DNA of 37,339 nt from a virus (IMGVR_UViG_3300008005_000038:1-37339); one strand, 5' to 3'. Shown: positions 23,555-34,274, numbered from the stretch's first letter. Notes: generated from the letters alone by a model not told the origin. Numbers and translations are program-made.

Positions 23555-26017
23555 ATGCTCAACAAGAATATCGGCAAGCTCAGGGTCGTCCTCGGCCTCG
23601 AGGACCGCGAGTTCCGGCAGGGCCTGCAGCGCAGCGCGCCGCGGCTTCGGGCCTTCGGGCGTGCGATGGCGGTGACCGTGGCTGGCGGTGCCGCCGCGGG
23701 CGCGGCGGGCATGGCGCTGCTGACGCGGCGGTCGCTGGAACAACTCGACGCGCAATCGAAACTGGCCGAGTCTTTCGACACGTCAGTGGAATCGGTCCAG
23801 ATCCTCCAACGCGCGGCGCAGCTTGCCGTGGCGTCGATGTCGGAGGCCACGTCGGGTGCGCGGAGCCTGACGCGGCGCCTGTCGATGTTCGCGACGGATG
23901 GCGGCGGGCCGGCGGCGGACGCGATCGAGCGGCTCCACCTCGACGTCACCGATCTGATGGCGCTGCCGCTCGACGACCGGCTGCGGGTGATCAACAACGC
24001 GCTGGCCACCTATGCCACGGAGGCAGAACGCGCCTCTCTGATGAGCCAGCTTTTCGGCGACGACAGCTGGACGGCGTTCTCGCGCTTGTCGAATGCCAGC
24101 CTCGACCAGGCTAACGCCGAACTGGAACGCTTCGGCGTCCTCGTCTCTGACGTGGAGGCCGAGCGGATCGAGGAGGCGAACGACGCCATCTCGCGGATCG
24201 GGCTGGTCATGGAGGGCATGGGCAACCGCATGGCCGCCCGGCTGGCGCCGATCCTGACGATGGTGGCCGACGGGCTGACCGAGATCGCGGATCGCCGGTC
24301 GGTGCTGGAGAGAGCGATCGACAACAACACGCTGGCGATCGGCGACGAGATCGGCCAGATCAACCAGCTCCTGGCGCTGCGCCCCGGCCAGAACCAGATG
24401 ACGCTGGAGGCGGCGCGTGTCACGCTGGCCGAGGCCGAAGCGCGATGGGAAAACGTGCGCGGCATGCGCGCCGAGCTGCGGCAACAGGTGATCAATTCCG
24501 AAGAATTCCAGCGCCTGAGCGAGCGGATTGAAAGGGCGCAGGGCGTCGTGGAAACCTTTCGTGGCGCCATGCCGACCGGGCCACTGGTTGACTCGACCGG
24601 GCAGTTCGATCCTTTCGGGCAAAACCTTCAGATCGTTGAGCGCGCGGAGCAGCAACTGGCAGAGCTTCTGCGCCGCCGCGAGGAAATGCTGAACGTGGCC
24701 CGCCGCGAGGCGACCGACATGGTGCTGGAGGACGGCGAGGGCGTCCAGGAATTGACCCGGATGATCGAGCTTTACGAGTTGGCGATCGAGAATGCCGAAG
24801 GCGGTTTCGTGATTCTGAACGGCGAACTCGTCACCGCCAACGACCTGTCCGAGCGCCTGACCTCGTCGACCTCAGCCACGTCCGACGCCGCCGACCGCCT
24901 CGCCTCCGCGCTGCAAAGCGGCTCGGTCTTCTCTTCGCAGATGCTGGCCAACCTCATGGCGGCGCCGGGCGCCGCGGCGCGCGTCGCCGCCGGGGTGTCG
25001 CAGCAGATCGCCGCGATGGAGGATCAGAACCGCGTCCTGGAGTTGCAGATCGAGGGTGGCGTACCGGCGGCCGTCGCCGAACGCCAGCGACAACTGGAGC
25101 AAATGCTCGCCGCCGCTGGGTCCGGCGGCCGGATCAATTTCGACGAGGTTGTGGCGCTGCAGCAGCAGATCGATGCCCTCAACGCCAGCTACGAACGCCA
25201 GCAGGAATTGCGCGACCGGCTGGCCGCGTCATATGGCGGCGGCGAAACGGGCGGCGGCGGCGGCGGTGGCGGGCTAAGCGATGCGGAGCGCGCGGCGGCC
25301 GATATCTACCGCCGCACCCGGACGGAGCTGGAGCGCCTGAACGAAGAGCAGGCGCAGCTGAACCGCCTGCACCGGGCCGGGGCCCTGGACACCGACACCT
25401 ACCAGCGGGCGATGGCTCAGCTCAACGAGCAAATGCTGCAAGCTGAATATCCGCACCTGATCAACGCGGTGGACAGCACGTCCGAGGCACTGGCGCGCGC
25501 CATCGTGATGGGCGAGGACTTCGGCGACCAGATGGCGCGCATATTCCAGCAGCTGGCGGTCGACATCATCAGCTCCGGCGTGCGCGAGGCGATCATGGAC
25601 GTGCTGTCGCCGATGTCTGGCGGCGGCGGCGGCGGGTTTCTGAGCAACCTCCTCGGGTCGGTCTTCGGCGGGATCGGCGGCGGCGGCGCGCCGGTCAAGT
25701 CCTTCGACGGCGGCGGCTTCACCGGCTGGGACGCGCGCACCGGCGGGCTGGACGGCAAGGGCGGCTTCCTCGCGATGATGCACCCGCAGGAGGTGGTGAC
25801 CGACCTGACGCGCGGCGCAGCCTCTGGGCGCAGCATGAACGTGCAATTCGTGGTCAACAACAACGCGCCAGGCGTCGAGGTGGAGCAACGACGGGAACGC
25901 GGCCCCGATGGGCGCGAGGTGTTCATCGCCGAGGTCAACCGCTCGGCCGGGGTCGGCGACATGGATCAGGGGCTCGGTGGCCGCTTTGGCCTGACACCGC
26001 AGCCGGTGGTGCGATGA
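23555..26017 (+). CDS. Tail tape measure protein
   Basis: 820 aa, Ala/Leu-rich helical; N-terminal IGKLRVVLGLE; C-terminal FDGGGFTG..GGLDGKGGFLAMMHPQE. Confidence 0.93.
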   Translation: MLNKNIGKLRVVLGLEDREFRQGLQRSAPRLRAFGRAMAVTVAGGAAAGAAGMALLTRRSLEQLDAQSKLAESFDTSVESVQILQRAAQLAVASMSEATSGARSLTRRLSMFATDGGGPAADAIERLHLDVTDLMALPLDDRLRVINNALATYATEAERASLMSQLFGDDSWTAFSRLSNASLDQANAELERFGVLVSDVEAERIEEANDAISRIGLVMEGMGNRMAARLAPILTMVADGLTEIADRRSVLERAIDNNTLAIGDEIGQINQLLALRPGQNQMTLEAARVTLAEAEARWENVRGMRAELRQQVINSEEFQRLSERIERAQGVVETFRGAMPTGPLVDSTGQFDPFGQNLQIVERAEQQLAELLRRREEMLNVARREATDMVLEDGEGVQELTRMIELYELAIENAEGGFVILNGELVTANDLSERLTSSTSATSDAADRLASALQSGSVFSSQMLANLMAAPGAAARVAAGVSQQIAAMEDQNRVLELQIEGGVPAAVAERQRQLEQMLAAAGSGGRINFDEVVALQQQIDALNASYERQQELRDRLAASYGGGETGGGGGGGGLSDAERAAADIYRRTRTELERLNEEQAQLNRLHRAGALDTDTYQRAMAQLNEQMLQAEYPHLINAVDSTSEALARAIVMGEDFGDQMARIFQQLAVDIISSGVREAIMDVLSPMSGGGGGGFLSNLLGSVFGGIGGGGAPVKSFDGGGFTGWDARTGGLDGKGGFLAMMHPQEVVTDLTRGAASGRSMNVQFVVNNNAPGVEVEQRRERGPDGREVFIAEVNRSAGVGDMDQGLGGRFGLTPQPVVR

Positions 26018-26607
26018 TCCACTGGCCCGCCAACATCCCCCAGAATCCGCGGTTGCCGTTTTCCCTGTCGCCTGCGGAAACGCGCACGACGTTCGCGCCA
26101 CAGGCCGGCGAGCCGGTGTCCCGCCCGCTGACGACCGGCGTGCCGATGCTGACGCGCGCAGAGTTCGTGCTGCAAGGCGCCGAGATCGAGGCGTTCGACT
26201 CGTTCCACGCCGCTGCGCGCGGCGGGCGCTTTGCCTGGCGGGAACCGCGCAGCGGCACGCTGCGCTTGTGGCGGATCCTGAAACCCTATTCGCGGCGCTT
26301 CGAGACATCTGGCCTCGCGATCGTCAACGTCGAGATGATGATGCTGCCGGTGTCGCCGTGGTTTGGCCCCTACGCCCGAGAGGGCTACTCCATCCTGCCG
26401 GCCTTCGTCGCCGATTACGCGAACGACATCTACGGCATCGGCGAGCAACTGCGCACCGCCGCGGACATGCCCTCGGTTACAGGCACCTATCTCGTGCGCC
26501 GCGCGACGACGACGGCGATCACGCTGGCGCAGGAAACCCTCGCGGCAGGCGACATCCCGGAATCGCAACCGGCCGGCACGCTCAGCATCATCGGGTATCC
26601 GCTGTGA
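26014..26607 (+). CDS. Putative distal tail protein
   Basis: IHWPANIP...FDSFH..GGRFAW; directly after the tape measure gene. Confidence 0.65.
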   Translation: MIHWPANIPQNPRLPFSLSPAETRTTFAPQAGEPVSRPLTTGVPMLTRAEFVLQGAEIEAFDSFHAAARGGRFAWREPRSGTLRLWRILKPYSRRFETSGLAIVNVEMMMLPVSPWFGPYAREGYSILPAFVADYANDIYGIGEQLRTAADMPSVTGTYLVRRATTTAITLAQETLAAGDIPESQPAGTLSIIGYPL

Positions 26608-27125
26608 CACGCGCCCTTGCCCCCAGCATTGCAGAGGACAACGACCGCCCGGACAGCCCGCACGCGCATGTCTGGTTTGTCGAGATCGACCACCCGAACA
26701 TCGTGGGCACGGTGCGCGTCGTGTCGGACATTTTCGAGTACGAGATCGACGGCAAGACCTACGCAGCGGCACCTTTCCAGGCCAGCCCGGTAACCGACAG
26801 CGACGCGCCGCCCTCTGCCGAGATCGTGATGGAGAACATCAGCCGGCAGGTTTCCGCCGCGCTGGAAAATGACACCGCCGGCACGCGCGCCACGATCACG
26901 GCGGTGGCGCATTCCAGCGCGGATTTCGACCTGTCGGTGGAGCCGCGCGTGCCGCTCGCGCCCGGATCGCCGCCGGAGGTTTACGCGTTTCGGCAATTCG
27001 AGCTGAACGATGTCAGCGCCGACGTGGCCGAATTGAAGGCGCGCATTTCGCTGGTTGATATCGCAACGGAGCCATGGCCGAGCCTCAGGGCGACCAGCGA
27101 CCGTTTCCCGGGGCTTTTCGCATGA
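26604..27125 (+). CDS. Tail tip protein (DUF1833/gpL-like)
   Basis: VEIDHP..VRVVSD...IVMENIS...EPWP...RFPGLF; GTGA-coupled. Confidence 0.8.
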   Translation: MTRALAPSIAEDNDRPDSPHAHVWFVEIDHPNIVGTVRVVSDIFEYEIDGKTYAAAPFQASPVTDSDAPPSAEIVMENISRQVSAALENDTAGTRATITAVAHSSADFDLSVEPRVPLAPGSPPEVYAFRQFELNDVSADVAELKARISLVDIATEPWPSLRATSDRFPGLFA

Positions 27126-27517
27126 CGCTCGACGCGTTCGTGCAGCGGGCGGTCGGGGTGCCATTCGCCCCTGGCTACGACTTCACGGGCTGGCATTGCT
27201 GGGGCCTCGTCGTGGCGGCTTATCGCGAGGTTCTGGGCGTCGACCTGCCGCGCCATGCCGACGTGTCTGTCCACGAGCGGTTGCGGATCGCGCGCCGCAT
27301 GGCGCATGGAGAGGCGTGCTTTGGGCGTGTCGATGCCCCTGCGCCGCTCGACGTGATCGTCATGGGGCTGCATTCCGGTCGCCGCTTCGGGCATGTCGGC
27401 CTTGCCGATGGACAGGGGCATGTCCTGCACGTCGAGGAGGCATCGCACACGGTGCTGGAGCCGCTGGATTCGCCGCTGATCCGGGGCCGGGTGCGCGGGG
27501 TGTTCCGGCATGTCTAA
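27122..27517 (+). CDS. NlpC/P60-family tail protein
   Basis: VGVPF...CWGLV...HVGL...VLH (Cys-His-His). Confidence 0.85.
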   Translation: MTLDAFVQRAVGVPFAPGYDFTGWHCWGLVVAAYREVLGVDLPRHADVSVHERLRIARRMAHGEACFGRVDAPAPLDVIVMGLHSGRRFGHVGLADGQGHVLHVEEASHTVLEPLDSPLIRGRVRGVFRHV

Positions 27518-30146
27518 GGCATACGCCGTGTTTCGGGAGCCGTTTTCGATGCGCCCCGAGGTCGTTCCGATCCGGGGCGACGAGAGCATCGAGCAGATCG
27601 TCGCGCGGCTGCGCGGGCTGCCCGAGGGGTGGCCGCGCCACGACGAAGACGCGGTGTACCTCAACGGCACACGCGTGCCGCGTCGCCTGTGGCGGGCGGT
27701 CAAGCCGCGCCCGTGCGGCCGGCCGATGGAAATCACGGTGACGGCGCCGCCGATGGGTGGAGAGGGCGGCGGCAAGCAGGTGCTGTCGGTGGTCGCCTCG
27801 ATCGCGTTGCTCGGGGCTGGCGCGCTGGTGTCCAACTCGGTTTTCACGGGCCTCGCCAATGCCGGGCTGACCGTCTCGCGCGCGACCTTGTTCGGGAAGC
27901 TGGCCGGTGCTGCGGTCGTCCTTGCCGGCAGCAGTGCGCTGCAGGCGCTGGCCCCGACCCCGAACATCCCGAGGTCGCCCGACGCCCAGACATCGCAACT
28001 CGGCTCGGCCTCCGTGCAGGGCAACGTGCTCAGCCCCAATACCCCCCTGCCTCGTGTGGTTGGCACGCGCAAGATTTTTCCGCCATTCGTGATCGAGCCG
28101 TTGATCTATTTTTCGGGCCAGGACGAGGTGGTCGAGGCGGTCTGCGCGCTGGCCGGTCCACACAGTCTGGAGCAGCCGCGCGTTGGCGACGCCTCGGTCG
28201 ATGATATCGCGGGCGTTGAGATCGAGACGCGCGAGGGCTGGCCCGGCGACCCGCCCTACACGTTGGTGCAGCGTTACGCTCGCACGACCAACTCGGGCTC
28301 GACGATCCGTGGCCACGTTGTCCGCGACGACGCCAAGAGCCAGTTGCAGGCGGAAACCGGGAACGTTCTGGATGCGCTGCCGCAGCCGCAGCTCGTGGCG
28401 ACCCGCGACGCGCCCGACGAGTTCTGGATCGGGCTGCAATTCCGCGCCTTGGCCCGCACAAAAGACGAGGACGACCCCTTGCGGGTGGCGCTGCGGCTTA
28501 GAATCCGCAAGCGCGGCGAAAGCGACTGGATCAATCTGCCCGAGCTGCATTTCCGCGACGCGATCCTTGGCCCCCGCCGCGCGACGATCAAGCTGGTCTG
28601 GCGTGACGGCCCGGTGGCCGCGTCCTCGGCGGCGCGGACCGGTTGGGTCGAGGCGCGCGTTTTCGCACCGGGGCAGGAGATCGAGCCGGTGGGCGACGAC
28701 TGGAGCGCGGATAGTTACTTCGACGCGGGCGAGGGCGGCGACAAGTATGTGACCGGCAGCAACCTTTCGTCGACCGACGTGCAGAACGTCATCATGAGTG
28801 CGGACGAGGCGGCGATCCAGCTGGACCGCGCGACGTTCGGGCCGGGGATCTACGACGTGGAAATCCTGCGCGGCTACGCGTTTCGGGATGCACAATACAC
28901 GCCTGCGACCTACGAGATCGCGAACAAGGTGCGCGACACGTTCGGCTACGAAGGCGGCGCGGAGTCGATTCACGAAAGCAAGGAAAGCCTTGTAGACGAG
29001 CTGATCCTCGTCCGGTCGAGCTCCGTCTGGAACAGAGCGCCGGTCGTCGGCGGCGGGGTGGCGGGGGCCGCGATCCGCGCCCGCAACACGCAGATGGACA
29101 GGCTGAGCTTTCTTGCCGGCGGCTATGTGCGGGATTGGGACGGGACGCAATGGGCTGACTGGAAAGTAACGGACAACCCGGCGCCACACCTGCGCGACAT
29201 TCTCGTCGGGCCGCAGAATTCGACCCCGCTGCCGGCGGTCGTGCTTGACGATCAGGGGTTGCGCGATTTCCGCGATGCCGGTTGGAGCTGCAACGCGGTC
29301 CTCGAAGGGCGATCGGTTGCCGATGCGGCGCGGATCGTGGCCGGGACGGGCTACGCTCAGCTCTACCAGTCGGAAAAGATCGGCGTCGTGCGCGACCGGG
29401 ACCGCAGCGGCGAGACGCCGGTGCAAATGTTCACGGCACAAAACATGGCGAATTTTAGCTGGTCGCGCGGCTATCCGCGGCTGCCTGGCGGTTTCCGGGC
29501 CAGCTTTGCCGATGCCGATCGTGACTACGAGGTGCGCCAGATCGTGCATCCGCCAGAGGCGGTGCGCACCGAGCAGGTGCGGATCGAGGGGCTGGTGACA
29601 GAGCAGGCGGTTCGTGCGCGGCTGCAATACGACCTCGACAGCGCGCGCCATCGGGCCGTCTACTACAGCTTCGATGCGCCCAGCGATGCGATCCGATGTC
29701 GTCGCGGCTCTCTCATCGGCGTGGCCAGCGACATCCTGCAGGAGCGTCTTGTGTCCGGTCGCCTGGCCGAGCATCGCCTCGACGCCCAGGGCAATGTCAC
29801 CTCCGTGCTGCTCGACAACGTCGCGACAATGCCGACCGCCCCGGTGTGGGACGACATCGACGACCTGACCGCGATCGACGACATGCGCCTCATAGGCGCC
29901 ACCTACGGGCTGGTGGTGCGCCCCACGGGCAAGCCGTCCAGCATCCACCCCGTGACACCTGCCGGGGGCGGTTGGGTCGACCTCGTCACGCCGGCGCAGA
30001 TCGAAGGGATTGATTTCGGCGACATCGCCGCGATCGGCCCGATCCAAGCAGAATATCGCAGGCTGATCGTCATCGAGATGAGGCCCAAGAGCCTGTCGAA
30101 GTGGACCATCACCGCAGTCCCGGAGGCCCCCGAGCTATGGCAATAG
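27510..30146 (+). CDS. Tail tip / host-specificity protein (TipJ-like)
   Basis: 878 aa; GGKQVLSVVASIAL, PLPRVVGTRKIFPP, TDNPAPH; synteny. Confidence 0.85.
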   Translation: MSKAYAVFREPFSMRPEVVPIRGDESIEQIVARLRGLPEGWPRHDEDAVYLNGTRVPRRLWRAVKPRPCGRPMEITVTAPPMGGEGGGKQVLSVVASIALLGAGALVSNSVFTGLANAGLTVSRATLFGKLAGAAVVLAGSSALQALAPTPNIPRSPDAQTSQLGSASVQGNVLSPNTPLPRVVGTRKIFPPFVIEPLIYFSGQDEVVEAVCALAGPHSLEQPRVGDASVDDIAGVEIETREGWPGDPPYTLVQRYARTTNSGSTIRGHVVRDDAKSQLQAETGNVLDALPQPQLVATRDAPDEFWIGLQFRALARTKDEDDPLRVALRLRIRKRGESDWINLPELHFRDAILGPRRATIKLVWRDGPVAASSAARTGWVEARVFAPGQEIEPVGDDWSADSYFDAGEGGDKYVTGSNLSSTDVQNVIMSADEAAIQLDRATFGPGIYDVEILRGYAFRDAQYTPATYEIANKVRDTFGYEGGAESIHESKESLVDELILVRSSSVWNRAPVVGGGVAGAAIRARNTQMDRLSFLAGGYVRDWDGTQWADWKVTDNPAPHLRDILVGPQNSTPLPAVVLDDQGLRDFRDAGWSCNAVLEGRSVADAARIVAGTGYAQLYQSEKIGVVRDRDRSGETPVQMFTAQNMANFSWSRGYPRLPGGFRASFADADRDYEVRQIVHPPEAVRTEQVRIEGLVTEQAVRARLQYDLDSARHRAVYYSFDAPSDAIRCRRGSLIGVASDILQERLVSGRLAEHRLDAQGNVTSVLLDNVATMPTAPVWDDIDDLTAIDDMRLIGATYGLVVRPTGKPSSIHPVTPAGGGWVDLVTPAQIEGIDFGDIAAIGPIQAEYRRLIVIEMRPKSLSKWTITAVPEAPELWQ

Positions 30147-31216
30147 ACCCCACCACCATCTACAGCGACACATCCGTGCCGGCGCCGAGCGGCCAGCAGT
30201 TTCTCGATCAGTACGACACTTTCGTCTCCGCGCTGATCAACGCAGCGGTGCTGCGGCTGACTGGCGTCGGGGGCACGGCTGACAATATCACCGCCACGGC
30301 CGAGCCGTTCGAGGTCCCACCCTCCGGGCTCGTTGCGGGCATGAAGTTCGTGCTCCGCCCGACCGCGAACAACACCGGCCCCGTGACGCTGGACATCGAC
30401 GGGCGCGGCGCGCAGCCGGTCGTGGACCGGGCAGGCACCACGCTTGAGGCCAGCGATCTCGTGGCGGGGACCGACTATCTCTTGCGGTTTGACGGGTCCG
30501 GGTTCCGCGTCCTGACCCAGACCGGCGAGGACATTTCGGGCATCGTCACCGAGGTATTCACCACGACAGGCGTCTGGGAAAACGTCTACGCGCCCGACGC
30601 GATCGTGGAGTTCCGGGGCTGGGGCGGCGGCGGTGGCGGAAGCACGAATCAGCGCGGCGGTGGTGGCGGCGCATACGTCCGCAAGCAGTGGCGCGCGGGC
30701 GATCTGCCCGCGACCGTTACTGTTTCCGTGGCTGACGGGGGCGCCGCGGACGCGAACGGCGGCAACACGTCTTTCGGGGCACTCGCAACGGCCTACGGCG
30801 GGGCGCGCGGTGCTGAGCCGGGCAACAACGGTCGCGGCGGGGGAGAGCACGAGGCCGGTGCCGATGGTGGCCTGATCGGCGGCGGATTTCGTGACAGCGG
30901 CGATGTGGCAGACGGCGTGACGGTCAATGCCGACGACGGTCATGCCAAGACCCCGGATGGCGGTGGCGGCGGTGGCTTAAGCAGCGCAGGTGGTGATGCG
31001 GTGAACGGCGGTGCTGGCGGTGGTGGCTACAAGACCGCCGGTTCACCCTTTGACGGCGGTCGGTCCGTGCATGGCGGCACAGGTGGGCAAGGCGGCGCCG
31101 GAACAGACCCGGCAGGGCCGGGGCAAACACCCGGCGGCGGCGGCGGGTCCGGTGACACGGTCGCCCGTTCCGCCGGCGGCGGCGACGGACAAGCAATCGT
31201 GAGGGTCTACCAATGA
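30137..31216 (+). CDS. Glycine-rich tail fibre protein
   Basis: NNTGPVTLDIDGRGA anchor domain, then WGGGGGG and GGxGG repeats. Confidence 0.8.
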   Translation: MAIDPTTIYSDTSVPAPSGQQFLDQYDTFVSALINAAVLRLTGVGGTADNITATAEPFEVPPSGLVAGMKFVLRPTANNTGPVTLDIDGRGAQPVVDRAGTTLEASDLVAGTDYLLRFDGSGFRVLTQTGEDISGIVTEVFTTTGVWENVYAPDAIVEFRGWGGGGGGSTNQRGGGGGAYVRKQWRAGDLPATVTVSVADGGAADANGGNTSFGALATAYGGARGAEPGNNGRGGGEHEAGADGGLIGGGFRDSGDVADGVTVNADDGHAKTPDGGGGGGLSSAGGDAVNGGAGGGGYKTAGSPFDGGRSVHGGTGGQGGAGTDPAGPGQTPGGGGGSGDTVARSAGGGDGQAIVRVYQ

Positions 31217-31377
31217 GGCTGATGATCATGGACGGCAACCGGGTTGCGAACGTGATTGTCGCCGACCCCGACAACCTGCCCCCGGAATACGCGGACCTTC
31301 CCGAAGCGCCGGAGGGCGTCGGTGTCGGGATGCTGTGGGACGGCGAGAAATACAAATATAACGACGAGGAGAGCTGA
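31213..31377 (+). CDS. Small tail-fibre-associated protein (54 aa; not in ORF track)
   Basis: MRLMIMDGNRVANVIVAD...GVGMLWDGEKY; ATGA-coupled to the fibre gene. Confidence 0.7.
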   Translation: MRLMIMDGNRVANVIVADPDNLPPEYADLPEAPEGVGVGMLWDGEKYKYNDEES

Positions 31378-31380
31378 GGA

Positions 31381-33936
31381 ATGGCTGACGCGGGAACCTA
31401 TTGCACCGTCACCGGCAACGCCCAGAAGATCACGGCCGAGTCCGCATCGGGCGGGAAGTTTATCTTCGAGCTAGATAAATGGGACGTGACGGACAATCAG
31501 ATCATCATCAACGACCACGAGGCGGTGGCCGTGGTGCAGGCTGATGGCACGATCAGCGTGGACCTCTTTCGCAACGTGCTCGGAACCACGGGCAGCAGCT
31601 ACCTTATCACCTACGAAGGCCCGGACGGGCTGAGGCGATCCCGGAAAGGGCGCATCATCGTGCCCGACAAGGCGACCGAAGATCTGGGAAAGCTGGTCGT
31701 GACCTACGTCAACAATGAGCCGACCCTGACGCCGACGCTCGTCCACGCCGCGCAGGAGGCCGCAACAGAGGCGCAGCAGTCAGCAGAAGCCGCGCAGGCG
31801 TTTAGCTTGATGCCGTTTGACAGTCGCGGCGACGCGGAGGCGGCGAACCTCTCGGCCAGCGTCAAGCGCGCCGCATTCCTGTCCGGCACCGCGCTGGCTG
31901 AAATCGTCCGTGGTGGCGCCTATCCGATCCTCAGCACGGCAGATGGCGGCGACTGGTCTGCGGCGGGCCTCACGACGCCTCAGCACTTTGGCGCGGTTGC
32001 CGACGATGACACCGTGGACAACACGGCGGCGATGAACCTGTTTTTTGACTGGTTCCGGCTACAGGCGCAGCGTTTCCAGCGAGATGATCCGCGCACCGTC
32101 GAAAACGCCCCTGTCATGGGGTGGATTCCGCCCGGCGTCTATCACTGCGCCGGGTCGATCAACGCCACGAAGATCGTTGGTCTTGGCTGGGTGGCGAATG
32201 CGCCCGGCGCAGAAATTGTCTCGACCGCGACAGGCAAGCCTGTGCTTGACGCCCTCGGCTCGCGGTGGGGGCGTATCCACGGTATCCGGCTGATCGGGGA
32301 TGACACCAACACGCCGCTCATGGCAATCCAGCATGGCCGGATCGACGAGGCCGGGGGGCAGGACAGCTTTGACGGCATGACGTTCGACCATTGCCAGATC
32401 GACGGCTATTTCTCGCGGACGTGCGTCTACAACCTCGCATCCGAGACATCGCTGCACATCGCTCCCCGCTACTACAACAGCAGCACCGATGTCACCGCAA
32501 CCTGCATGGTCTATGACGGCAACAACTTCTTGGAGGCTGTGTCCGACTACGTGCCGGCGGGCGAGATGTTCAGCGGCGTGCAGCCTTTCTCGAACATCCA
32601 CCACACGGTGCTGCACGGCGACATTCGCCGCTTCAACGCTGGCGCTCCTCTTTGGCTGTCGCGGGCCAAGCAGGTCAAGTTTATTAAAAGCTATGCTGTG
32701 GGACGGGAAGGCCCGCTTGTCACCCTCTCCGATGATGGCAGCGGGTTTGCCGAGCTATACTTTGACCTCCACGGCGAGACCGCCGGCTTGGAGCATTGCT
32801 TCCGCGTCGAGAAGCAGCCGCAGGTCGCGTCTGGCTCTTGGGTCAACATCGATGATTTTCAGTTCACCGACCACGCGCACTTCGCGTCGGACTCGATCTT
32901 TGACATCGCCTCGAATGTGCCGCGGTGCAACCTGCGTGGTGCGGACATCCGCATTCCGCAGGCCGGGGTGCTGCCGACGAACGGCCTGAGTGCGCAAAAC
33001 ACCAAGCTGCATATCTACGGCAACGTGCTGGCGCAACCGAACCTGATCAACAACGTGCGGCTCTACGGCACGTTGCGCCTGATCGGGGAGGCCAGCGGTA
33101 TGCTGTCCAATCCGGTCGGCAACTACACGATCTACGAGACGACAACAGGCGACGTGAAGCATGTCGGGACCGAGAGCTTTGAGGAGATCACCGGCAACGC
33201 CGTCATGCAATCGCCCACCGACGCGACGGCGGGCAGGCTGATGCCGGTCGGGGCTTTTGGCAACGGCGATTTGTGGCCTCAGCTCGTTGACTGGTCGGTC
33301 ACCGACAACTCCATCGTGCCGGGTCATTACATTTACAACGAGGGCGCCGTCCCAGCGTCAACCGGCGGCCCTGCTGACGTGACGCTCGGCCATGGGTGGC
33401 ATTCCCGGCGCGCGATAGGCGGCGGGGAGACGCAAGTCCTCGTGGCAGAGTCGGCGTCTGGACCGACCGCCAGACCAGGCGAGGTGTTCACGCGCAGCCG
33501 TGTGGCAGGCGGATGGACGGACTGGCGACGCGCAGTCGCCAATGACCGTGTCATTGGGGCCGTGTCTTTTGTCGGGGGCACCCCGACAGGCGGGCTTTTC
33601 GAGTCCGGCTCCGGCCCGAATGGCGGATACCGGCGCACCGGAGACGGGACGCAAGAGTGCTGGCACGAGCTGACGCTAGAGTATAACGCTATCTCTCGAT
33701 GCCTCGCCACGTGGACCTTCCCGAAATCATTCCCGGACGGCCCGCCGAAGATCACGGCGACGATCTCGGACGTGTCGGGCGCGACGCCGGGAACTCCGGA
33801 AATCGGGCAACTCGAGCTTGGCAGCGTCACCTCAAACGGGGCGGTGATCAGGGTCGTTCGAATCTCTGGCCTCACGGATTTCGCGCCGGGCGATACCGTC
33901 AAAGCCCACGTCAAGGCAATCGGCAAGGCATTCTGA
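31381..33936 (+). CDS. Tailspike/receptor-binding protein with beta-helix-like region and C-terminal fibre-knob domain
   Basis: TPQHFGAVADD..DNTAAM, IPPGVY (pectate-lyase-like start); C-terminal DATAGRLMPVGAFG, WTDWR, GGYRRTGDGTQECW. Confidence 0.8.
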   Translation: MADAGTYCTVTGNAQKITAESASGGKFIFELDKWDVTDNQIIINDHEAVAVVQADGTISVDLFRNVLGTTGSSYLITYEGPDGLRRSRKGRIIVPDKATEDLGKLVVTYVNNEPTLTPTLVHAAQEAATEAQQSAEAAQAFSLMPFDSRGDAEAANLSASVKRAAFLSGTALAEIVRGGAYPILSTADGGDWSAAGLTTPQHFGAVADDDTVDNTAAMNLFFDWFRLQAQRFQRDDPRTVENAPVMGWIPPGVYHCAGSINATKIVGLGWVANAPGAEIVSTATGKPVLDALGSRWGRIHGIRLIGDDTNTPLMAIQHGRIDEAGGQDSFDGMTFDHCQIDGYFSRTCVYNLASETSLHIAPRYYNSSTDVTATCMVYDGNNFLEAVSDYVPAGEMFSGVQPFSNIHHTVLHGDIRRFNAGAPLWLSRAKQVKFIKSYAVGREGPLVTLSDDGSGFAELYFDLHGETAGLEHCFRVEKQPQVASGSWVNIDDFQFTDHAHFASDSIFDIASNVPRCNLRGADIRIPQAGVLPTNGLSAQNTKLHIYGNVLAQPNLINNVRLYGTLRLIGEASGMLSNPVGNYTIYETTTGDVKHVGTESFEEITGNAVMQSPTDATAGRLMPVGAFGNGDLWPQLVDWSVTDNSIVPGHYIYNEGAVPASTGGPADVTLGHGWHSRRAIGGGETQVLVAESASGPTARPGEVFTRSRVAGGWTDWRRAVANDRVIGAVSFVGGTPTGGLFESGSGPNGGYRRTGDGTQECWHELTLEYNAISRCLATWTFPKSFPDGPPKITATISDVSGATPGTPEIGQLELGSVTSNGAVIRVVRISGLTDFAPGDTVKAHVKAIGKAF

Positions 33937-33947
33937 AAGGACACGAC

Positions 33948-34274
33948 ATGATCATCGACATCACGCCTGTATTTGGCGAGATCGACCAGCCCGAGACCGA
34001 GATCAGCGTCGCGGGCGACACGATCACCGTGGACGGCACCAGCTATGACCTGTCGGACATCCCCGATGGCGGCGAGGTGGAGGGCGAGGATCACCCCTTT
34101 GTCGGCCCGATCCGGCGCGAGAACGGCGTGGTCATATGCGCCCTGCGCGTGATCCTAGGCCCGGATGCGGCGCGGTCGCAGCCCACCGATCTGGCGCATT
34201 GGCGCGTCGAGGCAGCCGACGGCCCGGTGGAGATCCCCGCGGCGCGCGAGGCGGCGCAGAAGGCAGGCGACTGA
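33948..34274 (+). CDS. Tail fibre chaperone-like protein
   Basis: GDTITVDGTSYDLSDIPDGG...FVGPIRRENG; follows the RBP. Confidence 0.7.
   Translation: MIIDITPVFGEIDQPETEISVAGDTITVDGTSYDLSDIPDGGEVEGEDHPFVGPIRRENGVVICALRVILGPDAARSQPTDLAHWRVEAADGPVEIPAAREAAQKAGD

Noticed and set aside
10441-30047. Long antisense ORFs (e.g. 10441-12453, 15870-17180, 19031-21463, 27360-30047)
   Set aside because: Shadow frames of high-GC3 genes on the opposite strand, with no recognisable motifs.
14546-30146. RcGTA-like gene transfer agent
   Set aside because: Lambda-type GpA terminase, portal and cos, its own replication and immunity genes, and a tRNA att site indicate a true prophage.
30137-33936. Diversity-generating retroelement or invertible tail-fibre system
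   Set aside because: No reverse transcriptase, invertase or TR/VR repeat pair was seen; the GGC runs simply encode Gly-rich protein.
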